Source: an uncultured Gemmatimonadales bacterium
Lineage (GTDB): Bacteria; Gemmatimonadota; Gemmatimonadetes; Gemmatimonadales; GWC2-71-9
Length of the DNA stretch: 64,000 bases
Reading direction: 5' to 3'
Assembly (NCBI GenBank): GCA_963844035.1
Contig: CAWJMT010000002.1
Span: 1-64,000 of the forward strand
Shown here piece after piece: positions 11,809-21,140 of the stretch. The position numbers were made by a program, and so were the translations under genes. Each line of letters begins with the position of its first letter. Positions within the stretch are counted from its first letter, which is position 1. The notes under the pieces were generated by a model. The model worked only from the letters and a program-made list of their open reading frames with translations, was not told the origin of the DNA and ran no database searches.

Positions 11809-12285
11809 GTGAGCCGGAGCCTCAATAAGGTCATGCTGATTGGGAACTTAGGGGCCGATCCCGAGGTGCGCAGCACGAACAACGGTTCGCGAGTCGCCAC
11901 CCTGTCCGTGGCGACCAGTCGGCAGTGGTCGGCGCAGAGCGGGGAAAAGCAGGAAAAGACCGAGTGGCACCGGGTGATCTGCTGGAACAACAAGGGCTCG
12001 CAGCTCGCCGATGTTGCCGAGAAGTACATGAAAAAGGGTGATCGGGTCTACGTCGAGGGCCGGATTGAGTACCGCACGTGGGAAGATCGCGAGAAGCAGA
12101 CCCGCTACGTCACCGAGGTCATCGCGCGAGAAGTGATCATGCTGGGGTCCCGGGGCAGCGGCGAAGGTGGCGGCGAGGGTGCACGCGCCAAGGCCACTGC
12201 AAAGGTGGCCCCGGAAGGCAAGGCGGAATCGCTCGAGACGTTCCCGGAGGCACTGGATGAGGAGGACGACGATCTGCCGTTCTAG
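11809..12285 (+). CDS. ssb: Single-stranded DNA-binding protein
   Basis: LNKVMLIGNLGADPE, TEWHRV, KGDRVYVEGRI, C-terminal DDDLPF. Confidence 0.97.
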   Translation: MSRSLNKVMLIGNLGADPEVRSTNNGSRVATLSVATSRQWSAQSGEKQEKTEWHRVICWNNKGSQLADVAEKYMKKGDRVYVEGRIEYRTWEDREKQTRYVTEVIAREVIMLGSRGSGEGGGEGARAKATAKVAPEGKAESLETFPEALDEEDDDLPF

Positions 12286-13552
12286 TCGAGCGGCACTGCT
12301 CGCCCTTGTGGCGGTGCCGCTCGCGTACTGGAGCTTGCCGGCTCAGGACACGACTCAGGCCGTGCAGGACACGACCCAGGCAGCGGCACCCACCACCGGA
12401 TTGGCCCAACCGCCGCTGGGCGAGCTCCCCTCGACCCATACTGTTGCCCGCGGCGAGACCCTGTGGTCGATCGCCCAGCTGTACTTCAACGATCCGCTCC
12501 TCTGGCCCGAAATCTACCGTCTGAACACGGCGGTCGTCGAAGATCCCCACTGGATCTATCCCGGTGAAGTGCTGAGCGTTTCCGGTGCGGGTGCTGGCGA
12601 CGTTGCCGGAGCACCCGCCACAGGGGATACCGTCACCGCGATTGCCCAAGGCACTCCCCAGGCCGATACCGTGCCGAGGGAGCTGGCTCCTGGCGACACG
12701 GTCGCCGCCCTGCCGGTCGATACGATGATTACGGACACGACGCAGGCCCTGGCCTTGATCGAAGAGCCGCCTCCGGTTGCAGGCGACGAGTCGTACCAGA
12801 CGATCTTCGATCGCCCACGCTCGAGTTATTTGGATACGCGGGCCACCCTGCGCGCGTATGCGGATCAGCCGTACCGCCCGCTGCGCCGCGGCGAATTCTA
12901 CTCTGCCGGCTTCTTGAGCGAAAATGAGCACCTCCCGTGGGGCCAGGTCGTGGGCACCACGGACATCTCTGCCATTCCTCGATTGACCGACCGCACATCG
13001 ACGAGCCAGTTCGGCCGCATCGTCGTGGAGCCGCCGCCCCACGCATCCTACCACGTGGGCGACTCGGTGCTGATCGCCCGGATCGATCGTGAAGAGGGCG
13101 ATTGGGGTGACGTTGTCGTTCCATCGGGGGTGGCCCGCGTGGTGGAAGTCGCCAAACACCAGATCCTCGCGGAGGTCGTGATGGTGTTCGGCAGAATCCA
13201 CAATGGCCAACTGGTGCTGCCGCTCGAGCCCTTCAAGGATCCCGGCGATACGCGTCCCACACCGGTGGTGTCGGGACTGCAGGGCAGGGTGATCCACCAG
13301 CGGGACGTGCATCCGATCGCTGGGCCGCAGCAGGTGATCTTCATCGACCGCGGCCGCGCGGACGGCGTCGTGCCGGGAGACGTCTTCCAGGTCTACGTCG
13401 GCCAGGCCGGCACGGCGTCGGAAGAGGTGCGCGCGGTGGTCGAGGTAATTCACACCCGTGATCACTCGTGCTCGGGCCTGGTGTTGATGCTGAAGAACCC
13501 CCAGCTCGTTCCCGGGGTGCCGGTGCGTCTCATCCGCAAGATGCCCTCCTGA
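12257..13552 (+). CDS. Secreted LysM peptidoglycan-binding protein, TsaP-like
   Basis: Signal peptide ending LPA|Q; LysM HTVARGETLWSIA...WPEIY...PHWIYPG; C-terminal FIDRGRADGVVPGDVF. Confidence 0.8.
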   Translation: MRRTTICRSSRAALLALVAVPLAYWSLPAQDTTQAVQDTTQAAAPTTGLAQPPLGELPSTHTVARGETLWSIAQLYFNDPLLWPEIYRLNTAVVEDPHWIYPGEVLSVSGAGAGDVAGAPATGDTVTAIAQGTPQADTVPRELAPGDTVAALPVDTMITDTTQALALIEEPPPVAGDESYQTIFDRPRSSYLDTRATLRAYADQPYRPLRRGEFYSAGFLSENEHLPWGQVVGTTDISAIPRLTDRTSTSQFGRIVVEPPPHASYHVGDSVLIARIDREEGDWGDVVVPSGVARVVEVAKHQILAEVVMVFGRIHNGQLVLPLEPFKDPGDTRPTPVVSGLQGRVIHQRDVHPIAGPQQVIFIDRGRADGVVPGDVFQVYVGQAGTASEEVRAVVEVIHTRDHSCSGLVLMLKNPQLVPGVPVRLIRKMPS

Positions 13553-13600
13553 TGAGCGACCTGGCCGCCCGCTAGGGGCGGCCCGGCGCTCCGCACTCCC

Positions 13601-14398
13601 ATGCTCTTCGATCTCCATCTGGCCGCGCTGGTGCTGTACGGACTCTCCGCGGCCGTCACGCTCGCGCCATTCGCGGGGTTGCCCGCTGTGTCGCGGCACT
13701 GGTCGCTGGCGATTGCGACTCTCGGAGCGGTGCTCCACGGCATCGGGGTCGCCGAGCTGATGGTCGCAGGGATCAGCGGGCTCGCACCCCCGCTCTCCGT
13801 GCTGGCGTGGTTCCTGGTCGTGTTGCAGATCGGGAGCGAGCTGCTGCTGCGTGCGGGCACGGTTGCCCTGTTCACGGCGCCCCTGGCGGGCGGCCTGGTG
13901 GGGGTCGCCCTGATGCTGGGCCTGGCACCCGGCGCGCCGCCCTCTGCCGGGCGTAACGCCTGGTTTATCTTGCACGTAGCCCTCAGCTTCCTCGGGTTGG
14001 CCCTGCTGGCGCTCGCGTTCATTTCGGCGGCGCTGTACGTGCTCCAATTTCGGGAGCTCAAGGCCAAGCGCTTCGGGCACGTGTTCCAGTTGTTCCCGCC
14101 GCTCGAGCGGTTGGACCGGCTGAATCTGGTGGCCCTGGTGGTGGGATTTCCGACGCTGACGATTGGCGTCCTGCTGGCCGTGGGGTACGCCTATGCCGGG
14201 GGCATGCACGTGGACCCGGCGCAGCTGGTCTGGGGTTCATTTACGTGGGTCGTACTGGGGTGGACGGTATGGGTGCGCGTGGCTCGACATTGGGCCGGCC
14301 GACTGGCGGCGTTCGCGAGCATCGCGGGCTTCGCAGCGGTCGTTCTGGTATACCTCGCCCTCAAACTCGCACAGCCGGGGACACAACGATTCCTGTGA
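13601..14398 (+). CDS. CcsA/HemX-like cytochrome c assembly membrane protein
   Basis: Multi-TM; WFILHVALSFLG, LYVLQFRELK, PPLERLDRL, GFPTLTIG; directly upstream of hemA. Confidence 0.8.
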   Translation: MLFDLHLAALVLYGLSAAVTLAPFAGLPAVSRHWSLAIATLGAVLHGIGVAELMVAGISGLAPPLSVLAWFLVVLQIGSELLLRAGTVALFTAPLAGGLVGVALMLGLAPGAPPSAGRNAWFILHVALSFLGLALLALAFISAALYVLQFRELKAKRFGHVFQLFPPLERLDRLNLVALVVGFPTLTIGVLLAVGYAYAGGMHVDPAQLVWGSFTWVVLGWTVWVRVARHWAGRLAAFASIAGFAAVVLVYLALKLAQPGTQRFL

Positions 14399-14411
14399 GC
14401 ACGCACTGAGC

Positions 14412-15674
14412 ATGAGCATCACGGTTCTCGGCGTAAATCATCGCACGGCGCCGCTCGAAGTTCGTGAGCGGTTCGCGCATGCGGCGCACGAGGTGCCCGG
14501 AGCCCTGGCCCGCGTGCTGTCGGCCGGCGCGGAGGGCGGGGTGCTGCTCTCTACCTGCAATCGCACGGAGTTCTACCTTGCGGATCCCCAGGAGCCGGTG
14601 TCCGAGGCCGTGTGGGCGCTGCTGGGCGAGCGGCTGGTCGGTGAGCGGGCCGCGCGAGAGTACGGCTATACGGAGCGGGACCAGGATGCCGTGCGGCACC
14701 TGTATCGTGTTTCAGCGGGTCTCGATTCGATGGTGCTGGGCGAATCCCAGATCCAGGGACAGGTGCGCGAAGCGTGGGAGATCTCGCGCGGGCAGGCGGG
14801 ACCCGTCATGCACCGGCTGTTTCAGTCGGCGCTCCTGGTCGGCGCCCGGGTCCGCACTGAGACTCAGATCAGTACTGGAGCGGCATCGGTTCCCTCCGCC
14901 GCAGTCGCGGTGGCGGGGAAGATCTTCGGCGATCTCGGCGGCCGCTCGGCGCTGATCCTCGGAGCAGGCGACATGGCCGAGCTCGCCGCGCAGTGCCTCG
15001 TCAAGGAAGGCGCGCGTGTGACGCTGGTTGCCAATCGCACCTACGAGCGCGCCCGTGCGATCGCCGAGCAGCTCGATGCTCGCGCCCTGACGCTCGAGGA
15101 GGCGTGGCCGCACTTCGCGGACACCGACATCGTCCTCTGCTCGACCTCCGCTCCGCACGCGGTCGTGACCTGGGAGCGGGTCGCTGGGGTGATCCAGGGC
15201 CGCGGTGGCCGCCCGCTGTGCATTCTCGATCTGGCCGTCCCCCGGGACGTCGATCCGGCGGTGGGGCAGTTGGAAAACGTGTTCCTGTATGACGTCGACG
15301 ACCTGCAGGCGGTGGCCGGCCAGGCCGCTGCCCAGCGTCGCGGTGAGATTCCCGCCGCCGAGCATATCGTCACCGAGGAAGTCGAACGGTTCTGGTCCTG
15401 GTATGGCGGGCTTGCCGTCATTCCCGCGCTGAAGGCGTTCCGCGAGCGGCTCGACGAGGTCCGCGCGGCGGAGCTCGAACGCGCCATACGGCGATTCAAG
15501 CACCTCCAGCCGGAAGACCAGGAGCAGCTGGAGCAGTTCAGTCGTGCGCTGCTCAGCAAGTTCCTCCACCAGCCGACGATCGCGCTCAAGGTGGCTGGGG
15601 AGCGTGGCCGCGGGTACGCCCTGCTCGAAGCGCTCAAGGAGCTGTTCGGATTGGAGCAACGCGATGAGACGTGA
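14412..15674 (+). CDS. hemA: Glutamyl-tRNA reductase
   Basis: GVNHRTAPLEVRE, LSTCNRTEFY, GLDSMVLGESQIQGQV, ILGAGDMA, DLAVPRDVD. Confidence 0.97.
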   Translation: MSITVLGVNHRTAPLEVRERFAHAAHEVPGALARVLSAGAEGGVLLSTCNRTEFYLADPQEPVSEAVWALLGERLVGERAAREYGYTERDQDAVRHLYRVSAGLDSMVLGESQIQGQVREAWEISRGQAGPVMHRLFQSALLVGARVRTETQISTGAASVPSAAVAVAGKIFGDLGGRSALILGAGDMAELAAQCLVKEGARVTLVANRTYERARAIAEQLDARALTLEEAWPHFADTDIVLCSTSAPHAVVTWERVAGVIQGRGGRPLCILDLAVPRDVDPAVGQLENVFLYDVDDLQAVAGQAAAQRRGEIPAAEHIVTEEVERFWSWYGGLAVIPALKAFRERLDEVRAAELERAIRRFKHLQPEDQEQLEQFSRALLSKFLHQPTIALKVAGERGRGYALLEALKELFGLEQRDET

Positions 15675-15746
15675 GCCCCGGGCTACCCATGGGGCAGCGT
15701 TCCGGCGGGGGCACACCCCCGCCGGTCTCGTGTTCAGCCACGGCGC

Positions 15747-16466
15747 GTGTTTCTCCAGATAGGCCGCGCAGTTCCCACGACGCCGTGGGAGCTTGTGCTC
15801 ACGTCCAGCCGCGAGACCCAGGTCGTTCTCGCCGTCCTGGTCATTTTCTCGATCATTTCCTGGTATCTCATCTTCCTCAAGGTCTGGCAGTTCCGGCGCC
15901 TGCGGCGTCAGGCCGATCGCTTCATGGCCGAGATCGAGAAGGCTCCCCGGCTCGACGATGCGTACCGCGCCGCCATGCGCCTGCCCTCGTCGCCGTACAA
16001 CCGCGTGCTGCGGGAGGGTGTGCACTTTTTCTCGGAGCTGAAGCCGGGGGGACTGAAGAACGCGGTGCCGGAAGGCCAGACGCGGGTGACCCTGACCGCC
16101 ACGCAGTTGGAGGCGCTGCGGATGGTGCTCGCCAAAGAGGTGGCGGCGGAGCGGGACGCGGCCGCGCGGTTCGTGCCGTGGCTTGCCACCTTCGGCTCTG
16201 TCAGCCCCCTGCTCGGACTGCTGGGCACGGTGCTGGGCGTGATGGACGCCTTCATCGGCATCGCCGTGGGTGGCTCGGGGAACATCGCCGCGGTGGCGCC
16301 GGGCGTGGCTGAGGCGCTGGTGACGACCGTCATGGGGCTCGCCGTCGCCGTGCCGTCGGTGATGGCGTACAACATCCTGGTCAGCCGTCTCGGCCTGTTC
16401 GCCGGAGAGCTGGAAGGATTTGCGCAGGAGATCATCGGGACGATGGCGCGCGAGGGGTGGCTCTAG
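15747..16466 (+). CDS. tolQ: TolQ/ExbB proton channel
   Basis: SPLLGLLGTVLGVM, VAPGVAEALVTT, GLAVAVP; head of the tol-pal cluster. Confidence 0.9.
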   Translation: MFLQIGRAVPTTPWELVLTSSRETQVVLAVLVIFSIISWYLIFLKVWQFRRLRRQADRFMAEIEKAPRLDDAYRAAMRLPSSPYNRVLREGVHFFSELKPGGLKNAVPEGQTRVTLTATQLEALRMVLAKEVAAERDAAARFVPWLATFGSVSPLLGLLGTVLGVMDAFIGIAVGGSGNIAAVAPGVAEALVTTVMGLAVAVPSVMAYNILVSRLGLFAGELEGFAQEIIGTMAREGWL

Positions 16467-16901
16467 TGGCCGGTCTCCTGGGTGGGGGCGGGTTGCGCGG
16501 GCACGGCGAGCTCCCTCTCAACGCGGACATCAACGTGACGTCGCTGGTGGACGTCGCGTTCGTGCTGCTGATCATTTTCATGATCACCGCGCCAATCATG
16601 CAGGGCGGGGTGGATGTCCGTCTACCGCGCGCCGAAGCCCGTCCGCTCGAACCAAAAACTGGTCTCGTCGTCACCCTCGATCAGACCGGGAAGATCTACC
16701 TCGATCAGTCGGCCCTCACTTACGAAGACTTTCGCGCCACCTTCCCCGCCTTCGTGCGAACCAAACGACCCAGCGGGGTGTACCTGCGAGCGGACGGGAC
16801 GAGCTCCCTATGCCGATGTGGTGCAGGTGCTGGCGGTGATTCGCGCGGCGGGCGTGAACGATGTCGGCCTCGTCGCCGAACCGGAGACCATCGAGCGGTG
16901 A
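16457..16901 (+). CDS. tolR: TolR/ExbD (frameshifted)
   Basis: DINVTSLVDVAFVLLIIFMITAP, VYLRAD, YADVVQVL...VGLVAE. Confidence 0.9.
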
Positions 16902-17582
16902 TCCGGACCCGCCGCCATCCGGGCAACATTGGGCTCGGTCTGGCGGGTACCGTCATGGTGCATGGCCTGGTCGGCGTCCTGTTGTTCGCGGAGCCGTCCA
17001 AGCGTCATGCAGCACCGCCGTCGTACAAGGTGCGGCTCCTGGCGGCGCCGGATGCCGACGAGAACGCGCGCAAGGCACCGGATGCCGTCGACCGAGCGGC
17101 GGCTGCGCCCCCCGCGGCGTTGCCCAAAGCCAAGCCGATGCCCAAGAGCACCGCGTCGAAAGCCGCACCACCCCCGGAGCCCGATGCGGTCGCGCCGCGA
17201 GGCGGCGCCCAGGACGACGCCCAAGGTGCCACCGCTCCCTGGCGAAACGCCTTCGACGGGCAGCGACGTCGCGACCGTGAGCACCGAGGGGATCGAGTTC
17301 CCGTACCCGGAATACCTGCAGAACGTCGTGACGCAGGTGCGGCGCCGCTGGCAGCAGCCGTACGGAGCCACGCCGCCCGACATGGAGGTCTCGTTCCTCA
17401 TTCGCCGAGACGGTTCAATCACCGACCTGGAGTTCGTCAAGCGATCCGGAAATTTCGAATTCGATCTCGAAGCCCAAGGAGCGGTCGAGGAGGCGGGCAA
17501 GCAAAAAGTGTTCGGGCCCCTTCCGACCGGCTGGCAGCCAGACGTGCTCTTCGTCCGCTTCTTCTTCGGGCCGACTCGGTAG
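16898..17582 (+). CDS. TolA/TonB C-terminal domain protein (frameshifted)
   Basis: TM with His (MVHGL), Pro/Ala/Lys linker, YLQNVVTQVRRRW, IRRDGSI, SGNFEFD. Confidence 0.8.
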
Positions 17583-18970
17583 TGAGGACGAACGGACGGG
17601 TCGCCGGATGGGCGGGCGTGGCGATGCTGGCATTCGCTGTTCTTGCCGCCTGCCCGACCACCCGCCTTGTCGCCCAGGATACGTCCGCCGTCGACCGCGG
17701 GGTGCGCATCGGGATCGCGTATCGTCCCGGGGTGCGGCCCGGAATGGTCGTGCTCCCGGAGCGATCCGCCGCGCTCGACTCGGTGCGCACCATTGTGAGC
17801 CGCGACTTGGATTACAGCGATCGCTTCGAGATGATCACCCTGCCGGGCGGCGACTCCATCCGCGTGAGCGCGGCTTCCCCTAAGACCGGGACGACGACGC
17901 GGGGGGCGGGGGCTGCGACGACCCTCAACTACCCGCTGTACCAGGCACTCGGCGCCGATTTCGCGATCGGCATGCGGGCTGCGGGCGACACGGTTCACGT
18001 CACTCTGCACGATGTCGCGACCAGCGGCGTTCGTCGCGAGCTCAAGGCGCGGGTGCCGGCCCTCACGGACCCCGGGTTTCGGATGGCGGTCCACCGCCTC
18101 GCGGATCAGATCGTCGAGGCCGCGCTCGGGACGCCCGGCGCCGCCGCGACCCGCATTCTGATTACGCTCGACGGCAAGCTGCATCGCATCGACCAGGACG
18201 GCAGCGACCTGACCCTCATCCGGTCCGCCGGGGATCGCGCGATCATGTCGCCGGCGTGGGATCGCGCCGGGCAGCGGATGGCGTACATGGAATTCTGGTC
18301 CGGCCATGGACAGTTGTTCGTCCAAGATGCTGCGGGCGGGCGCCGCCGGGCGGTCACCAATGGCACGACCCTCGATTTCACGCCGGCGTTCTCGCCTGAC
18401 GGCAAGACGATGGTGTTCAGTCGCGCGATCGAGGAGGGCACCGACGTGTACACCATCAACATCAAGGACAATTGCTGTCTGCAGCGCTTGACTGTGGGCC
18501 GCTTTTCCGACAACTTGTCCCCGACCTTCAGTCCCGACGGGCAGCGCATCGCGTTCATTTCCACGCGATCCGGGCTTCCCCAGCTGTACGTGATGGCTCC
18601 GGACGGCACCGACCAGCAGCTTTTCGCACCGTTCGACTATGGGGTGACGGGGTCGTCCAATGCGCCGGACTGGTCTCCAGATGGGCAATCCGTAATATTT
18701 CACCGCGATGTCGGCGGGACGTTGCAGGTCTTCGTGCTCGACGCGCGCACGCGCAGCGTTCGCCAGTTGACGTCCCTGGGGCGGAACGAAGACCCGACGT
18801 GGGCGCCGGACAGTCGGCATGTGGCGTTCATTTCGGATCGCTCGGGGTACAGGCAGTTGTGGGTCATTGATATGGAAACGGGTCGCATACGGCCGCTGCT
18901 GCAACAGAGCGGTATCCGGCTACCGGCATGGTCTCCGCGGCTCCCGGAGTCCGCACCGTCCAACCCTTAA
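17582..18970 (+). CDS. tolB: TolB-like beta-propeller (PD40 repeats)
   Basis: RDLDYSDRF; repeats SPAW, PAFSPDG, PTFSPDG, PDWSPDG, PTWAPDS, PAWSP. Confidence 0.9.
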   Translation: MRTNGRVAGWAGVAMLAFAVLAACPTTRLVAQDTSAVDRGVRIGIAYRPGVRPGMVVLPERSAALDSVRTIVSRDLDYSDRFEMITLPGGDSIRVSAASPKTGTTTRGAGAATTLNYPLYQALGADFAIGMRAAGDTVHVTLHDVATSGVRRELKARVPALTDPGFRMAVHRLADQIVEAALGTPGAAATRILITLDGKLHRIDQDGSDLTLIRSAGDRAIMSPAWDRAGQRMAYMEFWSGHGQLFVQDAAGGRRRAVTNGTTLDFTPAFSPDGKTMVFSRAIEEGTDVYTINIKDNCCLQRLTVGRFSDNLSPTFSPDGQRIAFISTRSGLPQLYVMAPDGTDQQLFAPFDYGVTGSSNAPDWSPDGQSVIFHRDVGGTLQVFVLDARTRSVRQLTSLGRNEDPTWAPDSRHVAFISDRSGYRQLWVIDMETGRIRPLLQQSGIRLPAWSPRLPESAPSNP

Positions 18971-18985
18971 CGGAAGGGGCCTTAC

Positions 18986-19602
18986 ATGCAACGCTCAATG
19001 CTGCTCCTGTCGGTCGGCGTCGTCGCCGTGGTGCTCGCCGCGTGCGGCGGCAAGAAACCCGAGACGACGGCCGCGCCGCAACCCAATGCCGACTCGATCG
19101 CGGCCGCCGAGAAGGCTCGGCAGGAAGCGATGGCGGCAGCCGAGGCGGAGCGCCTCGCGCGCGAGGAAGCCGAGCGCCTTGCCCGGCAGCGTACTGCGGA
19201 CTCGCTCGCCGCGCTGGGCCAGTCCAGCGATGCGGTGCGGACCCTCCTGGCGGCGATGATCCACTTCGACTATGGACAAGTCGGTCATTCGGGGCGACGA
19301 TCTGGGCGTGCTCGATCAGAAGGTCTCGATCCTGCAGGCCAACTCGGGCGCCCGGATCCGTGTGTCCGGCCACTGCGACGAGCGCGGGTCCGATGAGTAC
19401 AATCTGGCCCTGGGCAACCGCCGGGCAACTGTCCGCCAAGCAGTACCTCGTGAGCCATGGCATCGATGCCGGTCGTGTCGAAACGACGTCCTTCGGCGAA
19501 GAGCGGCCAATCGATCCCGGGCACGACGAGGGCGCCTGGTCGAAAAACCGCCGCGACGAGTTCGACGTCGTGAGCGGTGGCGATGACCTGAGGCAGCCGT
19601 AA
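18986..19602 (+). CDS. pal: Peptidoglycan-associated lipoprotein (frameshifted)
   Basis: Lipobox [42 protein letters not shown]. Confidence 0.93.
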
Positions 19603-19613
19603 GGATCGCGCCG

Positions 19614-20399
19614 TTGCATCGCAACCTGTTGCTCGCGCTCAGCGTCGGCTGGTCCGCCGGATGCGCCCTGCGAGGGGACGTCCGGCGGGTCGAGCAGCAG
19701 GTTGCGGCGTTGCGGACGGAGGCCGGGGTGAGCGACTCGGTGCGCAAGGTGCAGGTCGATTCGCTCCGCGCGCTCGTAGCGGCGGTGCAGCAGGCGCTGG
19801 CGGCACAGCAAGCGTACCTCGTGCAGATGCGGGGAGATACCCGGACGGACCTGCTGGCGGTGCAGCAGCAGCTGGTGGCGGTCCAGGAGCTTACGGGACA
19901 AAGCCAGCAGCGTCTGACGGAGCTGCGCGGGCGCCTCGATGCGCAAGCCCGGCAGCCGGTGCCGCCGCTCGAGGGCTCCAATCCAGGCGGGGCTCCGGTC
20001 GGACCCTCGGGGAATCCTGCCGGACCGGGGCCCGACCAGATGTACGATCTGTCGCTGCAGCAATATCGGCGCGGCAGTCTCGCGACCGCCCGTCTTGGCT
20101 TTCGCGAGTTCCTGCGCGTCTATCCGGGGGATCAGCGGGCCCCCGATGCCCTGTTCTACGTCGGCGAGACGTTCGCCCCGGAGAATCCCGACTCGGCGGG
20201 GGCGGTGTATCAGCAGCTCGTGAAGGCGTATCCCAATTCGCTGCGGGCTCCTGCATCCCTCTACAAGCTGGGTCTCCTCGCCGAATCCCGCGGGAATAAG
20301 CCCGCCGCAAAGAACTACTACCAGCGGGTCGTCGCCGGTTATCCCCGCTCGGATGAGGCCAACCTCGCCCGCGACAAGCTCCAACGCCTAGGGCGCTAA
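19614..20399 (+). CDS. cpoB: CpoB/YbgF TPR protein
   Basis: Lipobox SAGC, coiled coil, TPRs (APDALFYVGE, APASLYKLG, YPRSDEA); follows pal. Confidence 0.85.
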   Translation: MHRNLLLALSVGWSAGCALRGDVRRVEQQVAALRTEAGVSDSVRKVQVDSLRALVAAVQQALAAQQAYLVQMRGDTRTDLLAVQQQLVAVQELTGQSQQRLTELRGRLDAQARQPVPPLEGSNPGGAPVGPSGNPAGPGPDQMYDLSLQQYRRGSLATARLGFREFLRVYPGDQRAPDALFYVGETFAPENPDSAGAVYQQLVKAYPNSLRAPASLYKLGLLAESRGNKPAAKNYYQRVVAGYPRSDEANLARDKLQRLGR

Positions 20400-20417
20400 T
20401 TCGCGCCGGCGGCCCGC

Positions 20418-21140
20418 GTGCCTGATCAACCCGCCCGGGGCGAAATGCCCTTCCTCGATCACCTGGAAGAGTTGCGCTGGCGAGTGCTCTACAGCCTCCT
20501 CGCCATCGTGGTCGCCACGCTCGTCGGGTGGTTCATCGTCGAGCGGGTGGACGTGCTCGGCATGCTCATCCGCCCGATCGCGCCGCTCCTGCCCGACGGG
20601 AAACTCAGGTTCACCAGCCCCACCGAGCCGTTCTTTATCACGCTGAAGTTTGCGTTCGTCCTCGGCGTGCTGCTCGCCTCCCCGATTATCGGGTACCAGA
20701 TCTGGGCCTTCCTGGCGCCGGCACTGTACGAGCGCGAACGACGCATGGTGATGCCGGCGCTGTCGGTGGGGGTGCTCCTGTTCCTCGCCGGCGCGTCGGC
20801 CGCCTACTTCTGGGTCCTGCCGCGCGCGCTGCAGGTGCTGCTCAGCTTTCAGCGCGGCGTTCTGGAGCCGATCATCACGGCGGGGAACTACTTCGGGTTT
20901 GCGGCGCAAATCATCATCGCGTTCGGTCTCATGACGGAGCTGCCGCTGGTCGTGGTGATCCTCGCTGCGCTCGGCCTCGTCACCCCGCAGTTCCTCGTCA
21001 GGAACCGCCGCTACGCGATCGTGGTGGCCGCGGTTGCCGCCGCGCTGCTCTCGCCGCCCGATGCCGTTTCCATGGTCGTGATGATGGTGCCGCTCTGGCT
21101 GCTGTACGAGCTGAGCATCGGCTGCGCCTGGATCGTCGTC
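20418..21140 (+). CDS. tatC: TatC domain (no stop codon; reads in frame into the LptD-like gene)
   Basis: EMPFLDHLEELRWR, SPTEPF, YQIWAFLAPALY, RNRRYAIV, SPPDAVSM, LLYELSI. Confidence 0.93.

Noticed and set aside
16457..18970. 837-aa TolR-TolA-TolB fusion ORF
   Set aside because: Domain sequences switch frames and each gene has its own start and stop in other frames; an artefact of indels.
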